Shown here one piece after another: positions 24,478 to 31,454 of a stretch of DNA of 31,454 nucleotides. The translations under genes and the position numbers were made by a program. Each line of letters begins with the position of its first letter. Position 1 is the first letter of the stretch. Below the pieces are notes generated by a model. The model searched no databases, had not been told where the DNA came from, and was given only the letters and a program-made list of their open reading frames with translations. This DNA is from Thermoplasmatota archaeon (GTDB lineage: Archaea; Thermoplasmatota; E2; JACPAO01; JAHFTW01), in the NCBI GenBank assembly GCA_041601615.1, contig JBFIHX010000018.1, positions 1-31,454 on the forward strand, in the 5' to 3' direction.

Positions 24478-26900
24478 CCCAGGGGCCCGTCGTTGGGATT
24501 TCCGTCGCAGCCGTCTGCTGTTCCGTCGCCGTCCGAGTCCACGTTGTCGTCGTGGCCGGGGCACTGGTCGAGTTCGTCGGGGACGCCGTCGTTGTCTGCA
24601 TCGGGGGCGGTCCAGCGGGTGGGGTCGTCGGGGAACATGTCGTCCACGTTGGGGACGCCATCGCCGTCACGGTCGTCGTCGCAGACGTCGCCGCGTCCGT
24701 CGGTGTCTAGGTCTTCTTGACCGGGATTGGGAATTGCGGGGCAATTGTCCCCGTTGTCGCCGTCGCCGTCGCCGTCCGTGTCGATCCATTCGGTGCCGTC
24801 GTCCGGGAACACGTCGTCGTCGTTCAGGACGCCGTCTCCGTCGCGGTCGTCGTCGCAGTCGTCAGGAATGGTGTCGGTGTCGAGGTCGTTGCGGTCGTCG
24901 TGCCCTTCGCACCTGTCGGCGCCATCCAGAATGGTGTCCTTGTCCGTGTCCGGGTCAAGTGGGTCTGTGCCGGTGCCGCCGTCGCAGTCGTCGAATTCGA
25001 CCACAGTCGCGCCTTCGTAGTCGCAGGAATCGGGGTTGTCGGTGTCGCGGATTTCTTGTCCGTCGCTGAAGCCATCATGGTCGCTGTCGGGGTCGCGGGG
25101 GCTCGTGCCGTAGGTGTGCACTTCTTCGCCGTCGCCGAGGCCGTCGTCGTCGGAGTCAGGATCCTCGGGGTTGGTGCCAAGAATGGCTTCGTCGTTGTCG
25201 CTCAGGCCGTCGGAATCACGGTCGGCGCAGCGTCGACTGGGGTCGAGGGGGTCGCTTTCGCAGTCGAGTTCGGCGCGGTCGCCGACGCCATCGTCGTCGA
25301 GGTCGCTCAGGAGGGGGCTTCCTGATTTGATGTGGATTTCTCGGACCGTGGATGCGCCGATGGTGGCGTCGCGGCCAAGGTCTATGTGGATGGTGGTGGC
25401 GCCGTTTCGTTCGAAGATGCTGTTTTCGGAGCAGGCGTGTCCGGCGCAGCCGCGTCCTTTGGCGGGAGCGAGGTCCACGTCGATGGTGACGCCGCTGGTG
25501 TCGGGGACGACAAGCACGGGGGCTTCGATGGAGTCGGAGAGGGCGTCGGCAAAGCGCTGCCGGGCCAAGTCGGGGGAGAGGTCCCACAGAAGTTGTGCTT
25601 GGACGGAGAAGCGGCTGGTGGCGTTGTCGCTTTGGGCTTCGATGGTGACGCTGCCGATGGGGAGGCTGCCGAGCAGAGCTTCGATGTGGCTGGCGGGGAC
25701 GGCGAACCAGGCGTTGCCGTCGGCGTCTGTGGTCTGGGGCGGAGTTTCGTACCGGCCGTCGCAGGGGGCGCCGGGGGTGAACGCGCAGGATGCAGCGAAT
25801 ACGAGGCGCAGGGGGATGTTTGCCAGGGGCTCGTAGGGGTCGCTGAGTTCGTTGCCGCGTTGGAGGGCCGTGGCTTGGAAGTAGACGCCTTGGCCTTCTT
25901 GCAACAGGAGGGGGCCGGCGGGGGTAAGGCCAAGTCCATGTTGGATGGAGACGAAGAAGCCGTCTCCTTGGCCTTGGACCGTCACGCCGCGCACCGGGAC
26001 CTCGGGGGCGGGTAGGCCGTCGTAGCGGGGGTCGGCGCTCTGGATGATGTGCTGGATGCGGTCGACGGTGGCTGGTCCGATTTGTTGGCCGAGTCCGAGG
26101 CTGGCGGTGATGGTTTGGAGGTCCATCCAGTTGTCGGGGGTGAAGGTGATGCTTGCGGGCTCGATTTGGACGGTTCCTTCGAGCGGTTCCAGCAGCACGG
26201 TGACGTCGGCGGTGGGCGGACTTTGCAGGGTGAGGGCGTAGGTGCCGGTGCCGCTGTCTTGGGCCAGAAGCACTTCGCTGGGTACGGCAATGAGGCCGGC
26301 TTCGGGGCCGGGGGTTGCGGGGGTTGCGGGTAGGAGGATTGCTTCGACGGGTGCGCCGCTCCAGTCGTGGAATGCGGCGTCGGTGCTTTCGAGCGCGTGG
26401 ACAATTTGCTGATTGAGGGGGGCCTCCGGGGCGGGGCCGGTGGCGGTGACCGTGATTTGTCGGGGGACCCGGGCGTTGGTCGGGGTAAAGGTGATGCTTG
26501 CGGGCTCGAAGGTGAGGCCTGCGGCGGCGTGCGGGGTTGCGACGACGTTGGCTGCGGGGACTTGGCCGAGTACCAGGATGTAGCTGGCGCTGCGGAATCC
26601 TTCGGCGGGAATCAGCAGAGAGCCAGGTGCGGCCGTTGCAATGGGGGGCTCCGGGAGTGTGGGTGGTGGGGGAATGAGTCCGAGAAGGTCTTCGACGGTT
26701 TCTAGGGCCCCGAGAATGATGGGAGTTAGAGTTTCCTCGGCGGTCGCCACGGTAGAATCTACTACGCCGAGGACGAATTCCGGGGAGGGATCTTGCGCCG
26801 CGGCGGGAGGAGCTCCGGCAAGGAGGGGTACTAGGAGGAGCACGCCTACCATGGCAGGGCCGAATCGGCCGTACTTGACGGGCTGCAAGGGTATGGTCAA
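23532..26900 (-). CDS. Secreted protein with Ig/Calx-like TFTPxN modules and thrombospondin type-3 repeats
   Basis: Signal peptide, two ASITFTPxN domains, DNCPAIPNPGQEDLDTDGRGDVCDDDRDGDG TSP3 signature, DTDGDGL repeats. Confidence 0.9.
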   Translation of the reverse strand: MTIPLQPVKYGRFGPAMVGVLLLVPLLAGAPPAAAQDPSPEFVLGVVDSTVATAEETLTPIILGALETVEDLLGLIPPPPTLPEPPIATAAPGSLLIPAEGFRSASYILVLGQVPAANVVATPHAAAGLTFEPASITFTPTNARVPRQITVTATGPAPEAPLNQQIVHALESTDAAFHDWSGAPVEAILLPATPATPGPEAGLIAVPSEVLLAQDSGTGTYALTLQSPPTADVTVLLEPLEGTVQIEPASITFTPDNWMDLQTITASLGLGQQIGPATVDRIQHIIQSADPRYDGLPAPEVPVRGVTVQGQGDGFFVSIQHGLGLTPAGPLLLQEGQGVYFQATALQRGNELSDPYEPLANIPLRLVFAASCAFTPGAPCDGRYETPPQTTDADGNAWFAVPASHIEALLGSLPIGSVTIEAQSDNATSRFSVQAQLLWDLSPDLARQRFADALSDSIEAPVLVVPDTSGVTIDVDLAPAKGRGCAGHACSENSIFERNGATTIHIDLGRDATIGASTVREIHIKSGSPLLSDLDDDGVGDRAELDCESDPLDPSRRCADRDSDGLSDNDEAILGTNPEDPDSDDDGLGDGEEVHTYGTSPRDPDSDHDGFSDGQEIRDTDNPDSCDYEGATVVEFDDCDGGTGTDPLDPDTDKDTILDGADRCEGHDDRNDLDTDTIPDDCDDDRDGDGVLNDDDVFPDDGTEWIDTDGDGDGDNGDNCPAIPNPGQEDLDTDGRGDVCDDDRDGDGVPNVDDMFPDDPTRWTAPDADNDGVPDELDQCPGHDDNVDSDGDGTADGCDGNPNDGPLGDTDGDGLSNQDEAALFTDPRDPDSDHDGITDGDEIHVYGTRPLNPDTDGDLLTDGAEVYGYTTDPNNPDTDGDGLTDGDEVRFYNTKPLDKDTDKDGLEDGEEVLGWDVTVVGSATYRVTSKPRFTDSDNDGWTDAKEKSAGTDPQSRDTDGDGLWDPFDELYLDPSEQVDTDRDGTGDNADTDDDYDGVDDSTEARSDVDIGVAALGQEPGAFLWSPSDQPVRVVAIPGNGQTLTSVRAHLVTSDGVYFTKDIGPFISGRINEAGNGVVDLTENQQEIQDQFGSKPFQVRVTVRVDGSYETFSHPNNFVILAA

Positions 26901-27016
26901 ACTGTCACCGTGTGATTCGCTCGTGATTCGAAATCGGTCACGAGGCCGGGCAGGAGCATAGGAGGTGGGGAAGGTAAGAAGGGGGATAAGGAAACCGACT
27001 GGCTAACTGTTTTGTC

Positions 27017-30000
27017 TCAGTCGTTGTCAACGATGGTGTAGGTGTGCTGCACCAAGGTGCCTAGGAGCGCGTTCGTGGGGGTCTCTAGGTCCAACACTAC
27101 CGTCTCGTCCGCTTCGACATCCGCGTCGTCCACCACTTGCAGGGTTACGACCTTGGATGTCTGGCCGGGCGCAAACGTAACCACCGCAGAGGAGATGCTT
27201 GCGTCGCTGCCGTCGGCGGTGCTGGTCCCATTGAGGGCCACATTCACGGTCACTGTCTCGACGGTGGATTGCGAAAGGGTCACTTGGATGGTCACCAAGT
27301 TGCGCGATTCCGAATCCGAGGAAGCGGCGACTGCAAATTGCACGGTCGGCACATCGTCGTTCTCGATGACGTAGGCGAGACTGGAAGCCGTGCCGAGCAC
27401 CGCGTTGATCGGGTTGCGCAAGCCGAAGTTTGCGGTTTCGTCCACTTCGTTGATGTCGTCGCCGCGAACGGAGAACTGCACCGTAGCGTTGACTTCTCCG
27501 GCGGGAATGGTCACCGTGACGCCGGTGACGAGGAGCGGGTTGCCTTCGAGGATGTTGTCTTCATCCAGGAAGAAGTCCGCGCTGTCTGCGGTGCCGCCCG
27601 TGACGGCGATTGTCACGGTGACGTCGCGGCCGGAAGGTTGGCTCAGGGATACGTTCAGGTCCACGAGGGTGATTTCTCCATCTGCGCCTTCGGGGCCACT
27701 TGCGGGGGTGTCCACCGCGAAGGAGATTGAGGGCAGGGCATCGTTGTCACGCAGGGTGATGACCACGCTGTCTACGGCGCCCACGTTGGCTCCGGTTATG
27801 GAGACGGTGAACGATTCAACGTCCTCGTCCAGAAGATCGTCGGTGATGTCGATGGTGAACTCGACCGTGGTGGTCGTTCCGTCACCGGGCAGGCTGCTTG
27901 CTTGGGCAGTCACCTCAACGAAGTCTTCTCCGCCTTCGGCGGTTGCGTTCGTGGTGGTGTAGGTGAAGTCTACATCCTCTAGACTTGGCACGTTGGACGT
28001 GACGGTGAAAGTCAGCGTTCCGGCGCCTTCATCCACGGAGCGGTCGCCGCCTGCGAGGCTCAGAACGAGGACATCCACATCCACGACACTGACGGACAGT
28101 GGGGACGTTGTTACGCTATCGTACTCGTCGCTGGAGATGGCCGTGTCCACGGCGAGCGTCACATCGATATCCTGGTCGCCATCCACGAGGTTGTCTGCTA
28201 CGCCGGTCACTGTGACCGTCTGGGGTGTGTCCCAATTGGCGTCCGTGAACGTCAAGGTGGTGGGAGAGACTGTGGCTTCGCCAGCGTCCGAGGATGCCAC
28301 GTCGATGGCCACCGTTCCCGTTGCAGGTTTGCTGTTGAGGACCACGGTGAAGCTGTCGGTCGTTGCGTCTTCATCGACGCTGAGGCCGCTGCCGGAATCG
28401 ACGGTGATGCCGGCAGTGTCAATATCCACGATGGTGACGGGGCCGAGCAAGTTTCCGGCGAATCCCGGAACCGAGTTGGCTTGGTCGACGGTGACGCGAA
28501 TTCCAACTACGTAGTTACCGTCGTCGATTTTGTCTTGGACACCGGAAATGGTGATGGGTTTCGACACGTTCCAGTCCGTTCCGTCGAACGTGAGGGCGGC
28601 CGGGGTCACCGTGGCTTCATCGAGGTTTTCCGATACCACAGAAAGCGTGACGGTTCCCTCGGGCTCGTCGTTCAGGACCACATTCAGTTGGCCGCTTGTG
28701 GATTCCGTGATTGTTAGCGGGAAACCAGAGTACGTGAACGTTCCAGTGTCCACGTTGTTGACGGTGGCCGTGAGGTCGGCTAGGCTGAACGAGCCGTATC
28801 CGTCATCGGCGCCATCGGAACTGAATCCGAGGGTGATGTCGATGATTTGGTCGGCGTCTACGACACCATCAGCCACAGGGGTCACGGTGACTTCCTGGGG
28901 TGTGTCCCAGTCGGCGCTTGTAAACGTCAGGATGGTGGGGGAGACCGTTGCCTCGCCCAAGTCGCTGCTGCCCACGGTGATGGTGACGGTTCCGGTGGGT
29001 TCGGAGTCGAGCACCAGGGTGAACGAGTCCGTGGCGCCGCCTTCGGTGACATCTAGGGTGTCGCCGCCGACGTTGGTGACGCCGGCTGTGTCGTCGTCAA
29101 TCACGGCGACGTCAATGGAGACCGTGACGACGGAATCGTAGTCGTCGCTGCTGTTGGTGGCGTTGACGGCGATGCCGAGGGTCAAAGCGGAGTCTCCGTC
29201 GTCCACGGCGTCGTTCACGGCAGTCAGGGTCACGGTTTGGGGTGTGTCCCAGTTTGCCGCCGTGAATGTGAGCGTGGCAGCGTCGGCGGTGTATTGGCTG
29301 GTTCCATCGAGGTCAAGATCAAGCACTACATCGCCAGCGGGTTGGCTGGCCAGGACCACGTCGAGGGAGTCCGTGTCGGTGCCAGAGGCTTCCGTCATTT
29401 CGGTGCTATCGTCCGATTCGGTCACTAGGAATCCGGCCACGTCATCGTCGATGATGGTGGCTAGGACCGAGGAGGCGTCGTAGCCTTGGTAGTATTCGTC
29501 GGTGGAAGTGACGATGTTGAAGATGCGGTGCGCTTCCGAATCGCCTTCGTCCAGTTGGTCAGGCACGGCCGTCACGGTAAACGCGGCGGGCATGAACCAG
29601 TTTCCGCTGGTGAAGGTATGCGAGGCGCCGCTGCTTCCGGCCACGGTGAGGTCGGCCGAGGGGAAGCTTGCTTCCACCGTCACGTCGCCGCTTGGGGCGG
29701 AGCCGAGGGCCACGAAGTACTGGGCGGAGTCGAATTGGCCCGGCTCTTCGGCGGTCTCGTTGATGGTGAGAACGTTGGGCAGGACGTGGACGGAGGCCTG
29801 CAGGAGAGGCGCGATGTCTTCCACGTCGGGTGCGTTGAGGACCACCACATCTACGGTGAGCCCCTGGAATTCGTTGTAGCGGTCGTCACTGGATGCGGTG
29901 GCGTGGGTAATTTGGTATGCGCCAGGAGTGGTGCCGGTCGCATCCACGAACATCGGCTGGGGGCGGAACCAGTTTGCCTGGGTGAAGGTGAGGCTAGCGT

Positions 30001-30757
30001 CGCCGCTGCCGTCGAACTCGTCGTTGATGCCAAGGCTGCTACCGGTGGCGGTGATGGTCACGTCATCCGTGGGTGCGGCCGCTAGGGCAGCGAAGTAGGC
30101 GACGACGGGGCCGTCGTTGGTGGTGGCCAGCAGTTGGGGTTGGACGATGATGTTGGCGAGACCCGAGGTGGTATCGGCGATGGTCTCGTTGAGGGTGTCG
30201 GTGGTGCTCCAGAGTTCCATCAGAATCATGGCCACGATTTCGCTCGGGGTTGGTAGAGTTTCGATGGTCTCGTTGAGGGTGTCGGTGGTGTTCCAGAGTT
30301 CTCCAAGCAGGGCAGCTAGAATTTCCTCAAGGGTGGGGAGGTTTTCGATGGTGCCGTTGAGGGTGTCGGTGGTGTTCCAGACTTCGGTGAGCAGCGCATC
30401 GATGATTTCGAGGGGGATTGGGAGGTCCTCAATGGTTTCGTTGACGAAGTCGGTGGTGCTCCATAGATCGGCAAGCAGCCCAGCGATGATTTCTGCTGCG
30501 TCGGGCAGTTCATCGATGGTGCCGTTGACGGTGTCGGTGGTGCTCCAAACTTCCGTGAGCACCGATTCCAAAAGGGATTCTGGAGCCGGCAGGCCCGTTA
30601 CCGTATCGACGACGTACTGGGGGACTTCCTCCGTCAGGTACGGGACCAGGCCTTCCGGGTCTTCCGGAGGCAACGGAGGTTCGCCCTGCGCCGCGACGCT
30701 GGGTGTGAGGGTCGCAAGTGCGAGCATGGCAATGAGGAGTGTTGTACGGCTGGACAT
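27017..30757 (-). CDS. Secreted Calx-beta/Ig repeat protein with N-terminal 28-aa helical repeats
   Basis: Signal peptide; six TF...[ND]W modules (consensus LTFTxxNWxxPQxVTV); three C-terminal Calx-beta-like domains (DDxxxExDE). Start ATG 30757, TAAATA at 30799-30804. Confidence 0.92.
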   Translation of the reverse strand: MSSRTTLLIAMLALATLTPSVAAQGEPPLPPEDPEGLVPYLTEEVPQYVVDTVTGLPAPESLLESVLTEVWSTTDTVNGTIDELPDAAEIIAGLLADLWSTTDFVNETIEDLPIPLEIIDALLTEVWNTTDTLNGTIENLPTLEEILAALLGELWNTTDTLNETIETLPTPSEIVAMILMELWSTTDTLNETIADTTSGLANIIVQPQLLATTNDGPVVAYFAALAAAPTDDVTITATGSSLGINDEFDGSGDASLTFTQANWFRPQPMFVDATGTTPGAYQITHATASSDDRYNEFQGLTVDVVVLNAPDVEDIAPLLQASVHVLPNVLTINETAEEPGQFDSAQYFVALGSAPSGDVTVEASFPSADLTVAGSSGASHTFTSGNWFMPAAFTVTAVPDQLDEGDSEAHRIFNIVTSTDEYYQGYDASSVLATIIDDDVAGFLVTESDDSTEMTEASGTDTDSLDVVLASQPAGDVVLDLDLDGTSQYTADAATLTFTAANWDTPQTVTLTAVNDAVDDGDSALTLGIAVNATNSSDDYDSVVTVSIDVAVIDDDTAGVTNVGGDTLDVTEGGATDSFTLVLDSEPTGTVTITVGSSDLGEATVSPTILTFTSADWDTPQEVTVTPVADGVVDADQIIDITLGFSSDGADDGYGSFSLADLTATVNNVDTGTFTYSGFPLTITESTSGQLNVVLNDEPEGTVTLSVVSENLDEATVTPAALTFDGTDWNVSKPITISGVQDKIDDGNYVVGIRVTVDQANSVPGFAGNLLGPVTIVDIDTAGITVDSGSGLSVDEDATTDSFTVVLNSKPATGTVAIDVASSDAGEATVSPTTLTFTDANWDTPQTVTVTGVADNLVDGDQDIDVTLAVDTAISSDEYDSVTTSPLSVSVVDVDVLVLSLAGGDRSVDEGAGTLTFTVTSNVPSLEDVDFTYTTTNATAEGGEDFVEVTAQASSLPGDGTTTTVEFTIDITDDLLDEDVESFTVSITGANVGAVDSVVITLRDNDALPSISFAVDTPASGPEGADGEITLVDLNVSLSQPSGRDVTVTIAVTGGTADSADFFLDEDNILEGNPLLVTGVTVTIPAGEVNATVQFSVRGDDINEVDETANFGLRNPINAVLGTASSLAYVIENDDVPTVQFAVAASSDSESRNLVTIQVTLSQSTVETVTVNVALNGTSTADGSDASISSAVVTFAPGQTSKVVTLQVVDDADVEADETVVLDLETPTNALLGTLVQHTYTIVDND
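30178..30575 (-). repeat. Five coding tandem repeats of 84 bp (28 aa)
   Basis: Trp codons at 30209, 30293, 30377, 30461 and 30545; consensus W[SN]TTDTLN[EG]TIExLPxxxEIxxxLLxEL. Confidence 0.93.
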
Positions 30758-31221
30758 GGTGAGGCACGACCGGATGCGTCGCTCCATCACCAAGGCCGTA
30801 TTTAGCAGTTAACGGCGCCCTACACGCGAATTCAGAGCCATTTTTTGTCCTTTATCTCCAGGATTGGGGCCTTAAATTGTCGATGTTTCATGGTTCATAT
30901 TTCCTCCGACCCAATGGACTCGTGAAGCTATATTAATCCCCACATGAAATCAAAAAAGCCACGCCAACACCATTCGCTCTTGTAAAGATTCAAACGATAA
31001 TCTATTCGGTTTACTATTGGATTTTCCGAGTGGCCGCTGAGCATCGGCCGATTGATGCAACAGAGTAACAGAAAGGGTGGTAACAGCCCTCCAAGGGCGC
31101 TTAATTGGCGCCGGGTCACGAAACTGCCAGCCCCGAATGTGGGGGGCATTTTGTGGAATCAAGGGTGGAGAAAGGGAGAAAAATTGGTGGATGCGAACTG
31201 CCGCTCTCATCTTCTAGAGCC

Positions 31222-31454
31222 GCAGCGAAGCCGGCTGTCTATTCGACTTCGTCTCAGAGAAGCCCGGCCTGCCACTGCATCAATCCGACGCAGCAGCGAA
31301 GCCGGCCGTCTCTTCGACTTCGTCTCAGAGAAACCCGGCCTGCCACTGCATCAATCCGACGCAGCAGCGAAGCCGGCCGTCTCTTCGACTTCGTCTCAGA
31401 GAAACCCGGCCTGCCACTGCATCAATCCGACGCAGCAGCGAAGCCGGCCGTCTC
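31222..31454. repeat. 71-bp tandem hairpin array, at least 3.3 copies, truncated by the window edge
   Basis: Units start at 31222, 31293, 31364 and 31435. Copies 2 and 3 are identical; copy 1 differs at 31236, 31241 and 31262. Confidence 0.95.

Noticed and set aside
13348-30800. Numerous long + strand ORFs (Ser/Pro/Val-rich)
   Set aside because: Antisense shadows of high-GC, Asp/Thr-rich minus-strand genes.
30810-31210. Riboswitch or small CDSs (30928-31149, 30950-31210) in the AT-rich region
   Set aside because: No riboswitch consensus recognised, and the ORFs lack codon bias or motifs. Most likely regulatory DNA.
31222-31454. CRISPR or TIGR-like array
   Set aside because: Units are identical end to end with no variable spacers, and no cas or tas gene is in the window.

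Overview
High-GC archaeal DNA, most consistent with a euryarchaeal or Thermoplasmatota-like lineage (inferred from the tRNA-Trp C/D intron, 7S RNA, L41e, cdrS-ftsZ2 and a PGF-CTERM-like anchor). The left ~13 kb is largely housekeeping: intron-containing tRNA-Trp, a 35-aa rpl41e missed by the ORF track, prs, a Trm9-like methyltransferase, an ArsA/GET3-type ATPase, SRP RNA, a ferredoxin-less PduS/RnfC-like flavoprotein divergent from an Fe-ADH homolog with a degenerate metal site, family-4 UDG, cdrS-ftsZ2 and ncsA/ttuA. The right ~17.5 kb is a block of six co-oriented secreted, acidic proteins; most carry Ca-binding or Ig-like repeats (TSP3-like, Calx-beta), and only the last has a recognisable cell anchor. 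A 71-bp hairpin tandem array runs off the right edge. Top leads: (1) the whole SRP RNA sits inside a perfect bulge-helix-bulge motif, so it looks like an excisable, circularisable 'intron'; (2) ten GTCNGAC palindromes form an ordered array over the cdrS-ftsZ2 promoter; (3) the surface-protein block has an in-register ~0.9-kb duplication and unfamiliar repeat modules. All calls were made by eye; no searches were run.
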